The notes under the pieces were generated by a model. That model ran no database searches. It saw nothing but the letters and a program-made list of their open reading frames with translations, and was not told the DNA's origin. A program made the translations under genes and the position numbers. Below, piece by piece: positions 28,351 to 37,301 of a DNA stretch of 64,000 nt; the first letter of the stretch is position 1; the number at the start of each line of letters is the position of its first letter. Source of the DNA: Bdellovibrionales bacterium (GTDB taxonomy: Bacteria > Bdellovibrionota > Bdellovibrionia > Bdellovibrionales > DASUEL01); assembly GCA_050250255.1 (NCBI GenBank), contig JBFWOZ010000003.1, positions 68,239 through 132,238 on the forward strand, in the 5' to 3' direction.

Positions 28351-30402
28351 TTAGGTGGAGATTAGGCCTGAGCGGCGTAGGAGTGCGTTCGGGTCTGGCT
28401 CTTGCCCACGGAACTTTTTATAAAGCTCCATCGCATCTTCGGTGTTTCCTTTAGAGAGAATGTTCTCGTAGAAAGATTTTGAAATATTCTCGTTGAAAAG
28501 ACCATTCATCTTGAAATGTTCGAAGGCGTCTGCATCGAGCACTTCGGCCCACTTATAAGAATAATATCCAGCAGAATACCCGCCAGCAAAAATATGCTGA
28601 AATCCTGCAGAGAAGCTCGTGTTCTCGATGAGTTTAAGAAGTCGCGTGGTGCTTGTGACTTCTCGTTCAAACTCGAGAACGTTGCCGTTAAAATCTTGCT
28701 GCTGTGAATGCCAAGCGAGATCAAGAAGTGCAAACTGCACTTGTCGTAAGGACATCCATCCTGCCATGAATTTTTGGCTCTCTACTAATTTTTTGTAAGT
28801 CTCTTCGGGAAACGCAGCGCCTGTCTTTCCGTGTTTGGCGATGGAGTAAAAAACTTCTTTTTCTAAAAGCCAATTTTCCATAAACTGTGAGGGAAGCTCT
28901 ACAAAATCCCAAGTTACGGATGTTCCGCTAAGACTTCGGTAAGTCACGTCTGAGAGGAGCCCGTGAAGAGCATGACCAAATTCATGAAAAAGCGTATTCA
29001 CATCGTCAAAGCGTAAAAAAGTTTCCTCATTCGGTAAACCTTTGCTGAAATTCATCACTATGGAAATGTGGGGGCGGCAAACTTTCCCTTGAAAGAGTCC
29101 TTGGTTACGAAATTGAGTCATCCAAGCACCAGCACGTTTCGATTCTCTTTGGTAGAGGTCGACATATAGAAGGCCAACGTATTGATTTGTACTTTTTGTG
29201 ACTTCAAATACTTGAACGTCTTTATGGTAAACGGGAATATCTTGGCGTTCTTTTAGTTCAATTCCGTAAAGTCTTTTAGCAAGTCCAAACATTCCTTTTA
29301 AGACATTTTGAACTCCAAAATAAGGTTTGAGTTCTTCCTGATTTACATCAAATTTTAGTTGAGTGAGTTTTTCGACAATGAATCCCGTATCCCAAGGAAA
29401 AACTTCACTTGAGCCCATATACTGTTTTTTGTAATCGGAGAGCTCATTCATTTCTTTTTTGGCTGCCGAGAGGGACACACCCCTGAGTTTCTCGAGGAAG
29501 TTCTGGGCGGTTTTCGTGTTTTGAACCATACGATCATCAAGAACAAAGTCTGCGTGAGAAGAAAATCCGAGAAGTTGGGCACGGTCTTTTCTTAAGTTAA
29601 CAATTTTTTGTATAACTTCTTCGTTGCTGTATTTACCATGAATGCATTTGCCATTATAAGCTCGGTAGAGTTCTTCACGAAGTTTGGCGTTTTCTCCCAT
29701 CTCCATAAAGGGGACGTAGGTGGGGGCATGGAGAGTCAGAGCCCATTCTTTTTCGTGACCGCGTTTTTTTGCCTCTTCTTGAAGTTGAGCTTTAAACTCT
29801 GGAGAGAGTCCGGCAAGTTCGGACTCATTTTTCACAAGGCGGACGTACTCATTGGTGGCTTCTTGTACATTTTCTTTAAATTGAGTGGTGAGCTTCGAGA
29901 GCTCTTGATCAATCGTACGGATTTTCTTTTTCTGCTCTTCGTTTAGCTTAGCTCCGTTACGTACAAACGAACGATGAGTTTCGGTGAGTAATCTTTTTTG
30001 TTCGGAATTTAGGCCTAAGGTATCTTTTTTCTCAAATAACTCATCGACTCGTTCAAAAATTTTTTGATCCAAAAACAAATCGCTTGAGAAGTCTGACTGA
30101 AGAAGGGCCATCTCTTTGGAGATTTTTTTAATTTCCTCAGAGGCTTCGGCGCTAAATAGATTGCTAAACACCGTAGAGATGGCTTCAACATCTTCGGCAA
30201 AAGTTTCAAACACTAGAAGTGTATTCTCAAAAGTAGGGACGGAGCTCTGTTTTATTTGATCTAACTTGGCGCGAGCTTTACTCATCTCTTTTTTGATAGA
30301 TGAGAGAAAATCTTCGTGGCTGATTTGATCATAAGGGATGGCGCCGTCGAAAATTGATGTTTTGGAGAGAATTTGCCCCATATTATCGTGAGTTTTTGTC
30401 AT
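28351..30402 (-). CDS. dcp: M3A metallopeptidase (peptidyl-dipeptidase Dcp / oligopeptidase A)
   Basis: PTFENT, KRAGAWM, FHEFGHALH, DFVELPSQFMENW, HIFAGGYSAGYYSYKWAE. Confidence 0.92.
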   Translation of the reverse strand: MTKTHDNMGQILSKTSIFDGAIPYDQISHEDFLSSIKKEMSKARAKLDQIKQSSVPTFENTLLVFETFAEDVEAISTVFSNLFSAEASEEIKKISKEMALLQSDFSSDLFLDQKIFERVDELFEKKDTLGLNSEQKRLLTETHRSFVRNGAKLNEEQKKKIRTIDQELSKLTTQFKENVQEATNEYVRLVKNESELAGLSPEFKAQLQEEAKKRGHEKEWALTLHAPTYVPFMEMGENAKLREELYRAYNGKCIHGKYSNEEVIQKIVNLRKDRAQLLGFSSHADFVLDDRMVQNTKTAQNFLEKLRGVSLSAAKKEMNELSDYKKQYMGSSEVFPWDTGFIVEKLTQLKFDVNQEELKPYFGVQNVLKGMFGLAKRLYGIELKERQDIPVYHKDVQVFEVTKSTNQYVGLLYVDLYQRESKRAGAWMTQFRNQGLFQGKVCRPHISIVMNFSKGLPNEETFLRFDDVNTLFHEFGHALHGLLSDVTYRSLSGTSVTWDFVELPSQFMENWLLEKEVFYSIAKHGKTGAAFPEETYKKLVESQKFMAGWMSLRQVQFALLDLAWHSQQQDFNGNVLEFEREVTSTTRLLKLIENTSFSAGFQHIFAGGYSAGYYSYKWAEVLDADAFEHFKMNGLFNENISKSFYENILSKGNTEDAMELYKKFRGQEPDPNALLRRSGLIST

Positions 30403-30497
30403 TGTTTCTTCTCCTTAGCGGTTGAATTCGCAGCATAAGTTTCACTATAATAGTCTAAACCCAACCCTGACACAGGGTCTATGAGATTGAGGCAAAG

Positions 30498-31310
30498 ATG
30501 ATTCTTCATTGGGGACCCAGTCCTGAAATTTTCTCGTTAGGTCCCTTAAGTATTCGCTGGTATGGCCTTCTTTTCGCTTCTGGGTTCATGATCGGTTATC
30601 GTATTATGGACAAAGTGTTTCGACGCGAGGGATATAATCGCGAACACCTTGACCACTTGCTTCTTTATTTGATCCTTGGCACCACGATTGGTGCACGTTT
30701 GGGACATTGTCTTTTTTATGAGCCAGAAATTTATCTTCGTGACCCTCTCCGTATTCTGGCGATTTGGGAGGGAGGACTTGCGAGTCATGGTGGGACCCTT
30801 GGCAACTTCTTCAGCTTGTGGCTTTTTGTACGAAGATTTAAAGAGTTCGACTACATTTGGCTGATTGACAGATTGAGTTATCCTATCGCTCTTGTTTCGT
30901 GCTTCATTCGTTTAGGAAATGTGATGAATTCCGAAATTCTCGGGAAGCCAACGAATAGCAGTTGGGGAGTGGTCTTTGACCATGTCGACTCGATCCCTCG
31001 TTATCCAGCCCAGCTTTTTGAGGCCATTATCTATTTGTTGACGTTTTTTCTCATGCGCTACCTCTACGACAAAACAAAAGCCTGGCAATACAGGGGACGG
31101 ATGTTCGGGATTTTCTTCTGTTGTATTTTCGGAAGCCGCTTCTTCATTGAACTCGTCAAAGAGAATCAAGTCCCTTTTGAAAACGCTTTGCCATTGAATA
31201 TGGGCCAGTTACTCAGCATTCCTTTTGTACTGTTGGGGATTGGATTCATTATCTACAGCCGTACTCATCGGGTAGAGCCTGCGTTAACTGCTAAGAAAAA
31301 GAAAAAATAG
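30498..31310 (+). CDS. lgt: Prolipoprotein diacylglyceryl transferase
   Basis: IRWYGL, GARLGH, GGLASHGG, RLGN.MNSE, RYPAQLFEA, MGQLLS. Confidence 0.95.
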   Translation: MILHWGPSPEIFSLGPLSIRWYGLLFASGFMIGYRIMDKVFRREGYNREHLDHLLLYLILGTTIGARLGHCLFYEPEIYLRDPLRILAIWEGGLASHGGTLGNFFSLWLFVRRFKEFDYIWLIDRLSYPIALVSCFIRLGNVMNSEILGKPTNSSWGVVFDHVDSIPRYPAQLFEAIIYLLTFFLMRYLYDKTKAWQYRGRMFGIFFCCIFGSRFFIELVKENQVPFENALPLNMGQLLSIPFVLLGIGFIIYSRTHRVEPALTAKKKKK

Positions 31311-31334
31311 TTTTAAGAACCCTTCTTTATAGCG

Positions 31335-32479
31335 GGGACGGAGCATAACTCCTCAAATTAGAAGAAGATTCATAAGTGAGCTTTGAGTTTAGTCGTTTTA
31401 AAGATCATGATTGGAATTCATCCGCACAAATAAACCTATTTGATGAATTTAAATTTTTTAGTTTTCTATTCGTAAGTAATTTTAATAAAAAGATGGTACT
31501 TTTTTTGTCTTAAAATACACGTTGGCCATCAACTTCTTTGAAATTGTTTTTTATAATTTAAAATATATTTTAACCTTCAGGCTGAAGATGTAATAGAAGC
31601 TTCTTTTACTAATTGAATCACGAACTGCCTGGTATTTATTTGCCAAATTGGCGAACCAATAAATGAAGAAAAAAACTCTGGATACTCTCTGTTTTTGTCG
31701 AGGTACTTATTAAACAGTGTTCGATATTTTGCCTGCCGTTCTTTTGCCGTAATTCCCAAAGCTAAATACCAGTTAGGTATAGTCAGAGTTCCTGAAAACT
31801 CATCTTTAATTCCGTAAGCATAAAACCTATAGCTAGAATATTTATAGGCCCTCAGCTGTAACTCTGTGCATTTTCCAGAGCGAATAGGATTTGCTTCTAT
31901 ATAAAAATGAACTCGAATCTGATGTTCGTCATTTTCAATTAAAGAAGTTTTAGGTCTGCCTTCAGCAACTTTACCGGATCTATTATGAATTTTATTATAC
32001 CTAGCGCCAAATAATGAATGTGCTTGTCTCAGGAAATTTGAGAGTTTTGAGCTTTCTTGTGTGTAATTCATCAGACTATGGAAATGATTGTCCATACAAG
32101 CGTAAGCCTGTATTTTAAGAGAGCTTTCTTTGTTATGGGATTTAAGAGCATCTTTGACGCTTTGAAGATAAAGCGACTTCGTTGAGGAAGAATTTAAGTA
32201 ATATTCTTTGTTATGACAGCGCCAATATTGATGAATAATGCCACATGAAGGAAAAAGCTGGATAGATCTAGGAATTCTCACAAATGAAAAGTCTTGCGAA
32301 ATAAAATCCTAGCTTATGTGCTAATGAATATAGAAGGACCATGTCTAGTAGAACTAAACCGGAAATGGTCCGGACGCTGCACATTAATATTATTTTTTTA
32401 TTGTAGCCACGAACTGTTCAATGTCCTGAGAGGTTGTGTCGAAGGCTGTCATCCAACGTACAATAGAGTGCTCCGTCCC
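31335..32479. mobile_element. RAYT cassette bounded by inverted GGGACGGAGCA repeats
   Basis: GGGACGGAGCA at 31335-31345 and TGCTCCGTCCC at 32469-32479 face inward around an AT-rich Y1 transposase gene. Confidence 0.6.
31577..32281 (-). CDS. REP-associated tyrosine transposase (RAYT, HUH/Y1, IS200 superfamily)
   Basis: HxxxRCHN, AYACMDNHFH (HUH), YNK...RSG, YIEANPIRSG (catalytic Tyr), YSSY, C-terminal WYLALG..ERQAKYR. Confidence 0.88.
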   Translation of the reverse strand: MRIPRSIQLFPSCGIIHQYWRCHNKEYYLNSSSTKSLYLQSVKDALKSHNKESSLKIQAYACMDNHFHSLMNYTQESSKLSNFLRQAHSLFGARYNKIHNRSGKVAEGRPKTSLIENDEHQIRVHFYIEANPIRSGKCTELQLRAYKYSSYRFYAYGIKDEFSGTLTIPNWYLALGITAKERQAKYRTLFNKYLDKNREYPEFFSSFIGSPIWQINTRQFVIQLVKEASITSSA

Positions 32480-33421
32480 TTTTTCCCATAAGTAAAAATG
32501 AAATGTTTTTTGTAGTTTTTCGATCAAAGAGTTAGGGATTCGGACGAAGAGGGCATTGGCATCCACAGATTGAGTGATCTCCACTCTTGAAAGAGCTGTT
32601 AGCTCTTTGGAAAAAAGCTGAGCCATCTTGTTAGAATGCTCCGCATTTTTTAACCATAGGCTATCGGTAAGGAGAGCTTCAAATTGTGCGGAGATAAAAC
32701 GCATTTTCGAAGCGAGCTGCATATTTTGTTTGCGGTAGAATTTCATCTTCTGAGCGAGCTTTTTATTAAAAAACACGATGGCTTCGCCGTACATAAGGCC
32801 ATTTTTAGTGCCGCCAAAACTTAAAACGTCCACACCATGAGTGGCCGCTTTGATATTTCTATCAAGATGTGCGATAGCGTTGGCGATTCGTGCTCCATCC
32901 ATATGTACAAAGATTCCATGTTTTTTTGCGACTTCAGAGATTTGTTTTAATTCTTTTTGGGAGTATACGGTTCCAAGTTCGGTGCTTTGGCTCAAAGAAA
33001 TCGCACGTGTTTGCGTTTTATGTTGGTCGCCATTCACTAAAAGACTTTTTTCGATTTGTTGAGCGGTGATTTTGCCATTTTCGGTGGGTAGAGTAACGAG
33101 TTTGCAACCTAAGATATTTTCGGGAGCGCCACATTCGTCTTCCTGGATATGTGCCCGTGCAGAACAGATCACAGATTCGTAACGGTCGATCATGGATCTT
33201 AAACTTAAAACATTGGCGGCAGTCCCGTTAAAAACAAAAAAAACCTCCACGTCGCCAAAGATTTTCTGAAACTTTTTTTGCGCACGTGCGGTGTACTCGT
33301 CATCACCATAAGCGGTGGCGTGGCCTTCGTTGCAGTTTACGAGCGCTTTCATGATGTCAGGATGAACGCTGGCGTAGTTATCGCTTGCGAAATGTCTTGG
33401 ACGTAAGTTTTTAGATTTCAT
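32390..33421 (-). CDS. ltaE: Low-specificity L-threonine aldolase
   Basis: FASDN, YGDDEYT, NGTAAN, HMDGARIANA, SFGGTKNG (PLP Lys), SKMRF. Confidence 0.9.
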   Translation of the reverse strand: MKSKNLRPRHFASDNYASVHPDIMKALVNCNEGHATAYGDDEYTARAQKKFQKIFGDVEVFFVFNGTAANVLSLRSMIDRYESVICSARAHIQEDECGAPENILGCKLVTLPTENGKITAQQIEKSLLVNGDQHKTQTRAISLSQSTELGTVYSQKELKQISEVAKKHGIFVHMDGARIANAIAHLDRNIKAATHGVDVLSFGGTKNGLMYGEAIVFFNKKLAQKMKFYRKQNMQLASKMRFISAQFEALLTDSLWLKNAEHSNKMAQLFSKELTALSRVEITQSVDANALFVRIPNSLIEKLQKTFHFYLWEKGTEHSIVRWMTAFDTTSQDIEQFVATIKK

Positions 33422-33428
33422 TTACTGA

Positions 33429-34103
33429 TTATGTCGTTGTCGGGAGACCAAAATCAAAAGGTCTTTCGGCTATCATGCAGAGCGCTTCTGCAAAAGCCTT
33501 CGCCGAAGCTTCCACTTCATCAAGGGATCCAGTGAGGTAGGCACCGCCAAAGTTCGTCTCTGTGGGCGGTTTAAAGTGTTTTACAAGCTTTACTTCTGCG
33601 GCTTTGAGTGCGCAATCAAGAGCGATCACAGATTCAATCGGCGGCGCGATGAGATAAGCCATGGGATCTCCAGGCTTTAGTCCTGACTCTTTCGAGAGAT
33701 AGTAACCAAGAGATGAGATGACGTGAGGAAAGAAATTGATTTCGCGAGAGCCGGTTGTTTTATAAAACCAAGCAGTTCGTTCCAGTTCGGCAAGACATGA
33801 ATTGATACCATCTTGTACCGACTGGTTATCGCTCCCATGAATGATGCCAAGAACTTCTCCCGATAGAGGACCTGAGGAATGTCCAGAGCCAGCATAAAAC
33901 GACTTTGCAAAGATCACGTTCACTTGAGAAGCTTTCGTGCATTCATCAAGGGCAGCGTAGAGGGCGTCATCCATATCGCAAGTGATAAGACCAAGAGAGG
34001 TGCCATCTTTAGGCGAAGCGCTGAAAGACTCGAGCAAACTTTTATGTGCGTCGGGGATGAGTTTAACGCTTAACACTTTTGGTTTTACAGGCACGATATT
34101 CAT
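33429..34103 (-). CDS. eutL: Ethanolamine utilisation microcompartment shell protein EutL (BMC-T)
   Basis: SLGLITCD.DD..YAALDE.TK, AKSFYAG, GPLSGE, AYLIAPP.E, PPTETNFGGAYLTG. Confidence 0.9.
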   Translation of the reverse strand: MNIVPVKPKVLSVKLIPDAHKSLLESFSASPKDGTSLGLITCDMDDALYAALDECTKASQVNVIFAKSFYAGSGHSSGPLSGEVLGIIHGSDNQSVQDGINSCLAELERTAWFYKTTGSREINFFPHVISSLGYYLSKESGLKPGDPMAYLIAPPIESVIALDCALKAAEVKLVKHFKPPTETNFGGAYLTGSLDEVEASAKAFAEALCMIAERPFDFGLPTTT

Positions 34104-34111
34104 GGTGGCTC

Positions 34112-35089
34112 CTATCCGATATCGAGATCGACGCCGCTTTTTTTTTGTTCAAACATTTTACTCACAGTAAACCCAATGTAACGAGCGGCATCTTGAGCGT
34201 TTAGCCCACGTGGATGAATGTTCGAGATACAATTGCGATTCGCGTGAGTGGAAGTCGGGTTGGGATTGTAAATGAGATAGGCGCTCAAGCCATCGCCGGT
34301 ACCAAGTCCCGGTCGCTCTCCAATCAAAATAATGGAAACTTTCGTATTTACGATTTCGCCGATGCGATCTTGCAAAGTGACACGACCGTAGCGGCAATAA
34401 ATAGGTGTTCCAATTTTATAACCTTTGACTGAAAGCTCCTGTTTTAAAAAAGGTAGGAGCTTTTCGATGTTCACATTAAGGGCGATACCGCTCAGTCCAT
34501 CACTGATGACAATTTGCACATCAGGGTTCTGTTCAACATGTGTTTTGAGGCGAGCGGCGCACTCAGGCTTTAAAACCCGGCCTAGATCAGGTCGCAGTAA
34601 AAAATTGTCTTTATTATCGATCTGCGTACGCACTTCAAAACATCCCAAAGCTTTCACTTTTTCTGAGGGGAAATCTTCATAAACGGCGCGTTTTGCGATC
34701 GCATGATCCGCAAGAAAATCAAGCATCACTTTGGTTTTAGGCCGCACGCCCGCACGCCACACACCGAGGCGGGCGGCCGTGCACTGCAAAAATTCTTTCA
34801 GCCTCTGAGCGTTCTTCGGATTTGGAATCAGTTGGTAACGAGGTTCGTGTTTTTGTTTCGTTTGTGAGTCATCGCCTAAAGCTTGATGATGGGGGACTTG
34901 GCCTTCTTCCACCTGATGCCAGGGGCGAGAACCAATTTTCAGGCCTGGCTGAGAACGCTTAGGAATTTTTACTGGTTTTGAAGCTTCGTCTTGGTTTTTT
35001 AAAAAACGATCAAGTACACCGCGATTTCTATTGATTCGCTCGGCGTCTCGTTGATTTTTAATTTCCTGCTCGATCTTTTCGTCTAACAT
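34112..35089 (-). CDS. eutC: Ethanolamine ammonia-lyase small subunit
   Basis: TAARLGVWRAG, FLADHA.A..AV, LLRPDLGR, SDGLS, LIGERPGL, NRNCISNIH; about 85-aa N-terminal extension. Confidence 0.93.
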   Translation of the reverse strand: MLDEKIEQEIKNQRDAERINRNRGVLDRFLKNQDEASKPVKIPKRSQPGLKIGSRPWHQVEEGQVPHHQALGDDSQTKQKHEPRYQLIPNPKNAQRLKEFLQCTAARLGVWRAGVRPKTKVMLDFLADHAIAKRAVYEDFPSEKVKALGCFEVRTQIDNKDNFLLRPDLGRVLKPECAARLKTHVEQNPDVQIVISDGLSGIALNVNIEKLLPFLKQELSVKGYKIGTPIYCRYGRVTLQDRIGEIVNTKVSIILIGERPGLGTGDGLSAYLIYNPNPTSTHANRNCISNIHPRGLNAQDAARYIGFTVSKMFEQKKSGVDLDIG

Positions 35090-35098
35090 TCTTTTACC

Positions 35099-36475
35099 TT
35101 AGTGAAAGAGGGGTGAAGATTCAAAAATGGTAGGGTCTCCCGCACGTGGACCAAGCTGACCATTTTTCCAAATACCCATTTTCTCAAGCCACTCCTCAAA
35201 TTCCGGAGTGGGTTTCATTTTAAAAATTTCTCTGACCGATGCGTTGTCGTGAAAACTGGTGCTTTGGTAGTTCAGCATGATGTCGTCCCCCATGGGAAGG
35301 GACATAAAATAATTTACGCCTGCGGCGGTGAGAAGTATTGCCAAGTTCTCTAAATCGTTTTGGTCGCAAATCGCGTGATTTGTGTAACAATCATCAACGC
35401 CCATGGAAATTCCCATGAGTTTTCCCATAAAGTGATCTTCAAGAGCCGCACGTGTGATCTGTTTGGCATCGTAAAGATATTCAGGGCCGATAAATCCCAC
35501 AACGGTGTTTACGAGAAACGGTTTAAAGTGACGAGCAAAACCGTAAGCGCGGGCTTCCATGGTAAGTTGATCGGTACCGTAGTGAGCATCGGCAGAAAGA
35601 GCGGTGCCCTGGCCGGTTTCGAAGTACATACGATTAGGACCCTTAGCTGTTCCGAGTTTCGCGATCATGTCGGATGCCTCTTGAATCAGACTTACGTTGA
35701 TTCCAAACACTCGATTTGCGCGCTCCGTCCCCGCGAGGGATTGGAAAAATAAGTCGACGGGTGCGCCCAAGCGCAAGGCTTCCATTTGGATGGTGATGTG
35801 GGCAAGTACGCAATTTTGTGTGGGAATTTTGTATTTTTGAATGAGTTCATAAAGAGCGGCGAGGATATCGGCCGTGTTTCTCACGGATTCGGTGGCGGGG
35901 TTAATTCCTAGTACTGCGTCCCCGGTTCCGTAGGAGAGGCCTTCTTTGATGCCGGCAAGAATACCTTCGACGTTGTCGCGAGGGTCGTTCGTTTGAAGCC
36001 TTGAAGAAATGCGGCCGGGGAGCCCTAAAGTGTTATTACATTTTACGACCACGCGAATTTTGGAAGCCGCTAAAACAAGGTCCATGTTGGACATAATCTT
36101 GGTCACAGCCGCCGCCATCTCAGGAGTAATTCCGTAAGCAAGGCGTGCGATGTCTTTGCCGGAAGTTTTGTGATCTAAAAGAAACTCTCGAAATTCGCCG
36201 ACGCTTTTGCCACGCAGGAGGTTATAGGCGGTTTGATCTAAGTTGTCTTCGATAAGCCTCGTGATTTCATCTTGTTCATAGGGGACGGAGGGATTTTCGC
36301 GAAAGATGGAAAGAGGTTGTTCTGCCAACACCAATTTTGCGGCGACACGTTCGCTGAGGTTTTGTGTACCAAGTCCGGCTAAACGATCTCCGGATTTTTC
36401 TTCATTAGCTTTTGCCATAAGGTCTTTGATAGAAGAAAAGCTGTGGTGACTCCCATGGAGTTTAGTTGTGAACAT
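35099..36475 (-). CDS. eutB: Ethanolamine ammonia-lyase large subunit
   Basis: KANEEKSGD.LAG, PYEQDEITR, YFETGQG, VNTVVGFIGPEY, LEDHFMGKL, NYQSTSFHD; ATG start 36475 (ORF track uses TTG 36502). Confidence 0.95.
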   Translation of the reverse strand: MFTTKLHGSHHSFSSIKDLMAKANEEKSGDRLAGLGTQNLSERVAAKLVLAEQPLSIFRENPSVPYEQDEITRLIEDNLDQTAYNLLRGKSVGEFREFLLDHKTSGKDIARLAYGITPEMAAAVTKIMSNMDLVLAASKIRVVVKCNNTLGLPGRISSRLQTNDPRDNVEGILAGIKEGLSYGTGDAVLGINPATESVRNTADILAALYELIQKYKIPTQNCVLAHITIQMEALRLGAPVDLFFQSLAGTERANRVFGINVSLIQEASDMIAKLGTAKGPNRMYFETGQGTALSADAHYGTDQLTMEARAYGFARHFKPFLVNTVVGFIGPEYLYDAKQITRAALEDHFMGKLMGISMGVDDCYTNHAICDQNDLENLAILLTAAGVNYFMSLPMGDDIMLNYQSTSFHDNASVREIFKMKPTPEFEEWLEKMGIWKNGQLGPRAGDPTIFESSPLFH

Positions 36476-36665
36476 GGCATTTTTTATGTGCTCCGTCCCC
36501 AATGGTCTACAGAAAATGGAGTGATGTCTTTTTGCGGAAATGCTGCGTCACAGGCGATGGTCAGAGTGAGTCGCAAAGCCCATTAGTTGAGCTCCGTCCC
36601 TCAAAAATACGTGTAAGGGCTGAGGAAAGCTGCTCGTGCTTTATGCGATGCATAAGGCGTAGGGA

Positions 36666-37301
36666 TTATTTCAACTGATAAATCGTTTTGTTATTCTTTG
36701 GCTTACGGTTTCGACCGAGAGTCATGTCGGTGAGCTCGAGACTCACGTGATCTGCTTCTTCTTTGAGCGTGTAGGTGTTCTTCAGAATATAGCGTGCGGA
36801 TTTTTTACCGACTTCTTTAATAAGGTAATCATAGGTTTGAATAAGTTCAACTTTACCGTTTGAAACTTTCGTTGCTGGAGTAGGCGGAGATTCTGACTCT
36901 GATTTTTTTTCTTCCTTTTTAGCGGCAGGGATTTCGTTTGCAGGTAGAGGCGCAGCGGTACGCGTGACTTTATAAACGAGAAGCTGTGTTTCCTCTATGT
37001 TTGCATCTCTACCCAGTAGGCCTTTAAAATATTCAATAACAATGATATTTTTATTTGAAAACAGATGGATTTGTTCGCAGTTTTTTTCTGGACCATTGGA
37101 GTAAATCATAACGGGTTCCAAATCGCCGACAACAAGGAAATGTGTTTTCTCTTTATAGACGACGCGAACAAATTGTTCGCCTAAGTTACCATCACAAGCG
37201 ATTTCTTCTTCTTGATTGGGAACACGTTTTACAGGAGAAGGTTTTGCAAAAGCAAACGAGAAGCTAAGAGCAATCATGAATATGAGAGGAGATTTAATCA
37301 T
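36666..37301 (-). CDS. Hypothetical exported protein
   Basis: Signal peptide; ATGA-coupled to the upstream 706-aa gene. Confidence 0.6.
   Translation of the reverse strand: MIKSPLIFMIALSFSFAFAKPSPVKRVPNQEEEIACDGNLGEQFVRVVYKEKTHFLVVGDLEPVMIYSNGPEKNCEQIHLFSNKNIIVIEYFKGLLGRDANIEETQLLVYKVTRTAAPLPANEIPAAKKEEKKSESESPPTPATKVSNGKVELIQTYDYLIKEVGKKSARYILKNTYTLKEEADHVSLELTDMTLGRNRKPKNNKTIYQLK

Noticed and set aside
36503..36665. Cobalamin or c-di-GMP riboswitch upstream of eutB
   Set aside because: No B12-box or GCCACTG element on the eutB strand; GCAAAGCC lacks the rest of the c-di-GMP-I core and is on the opposite strand
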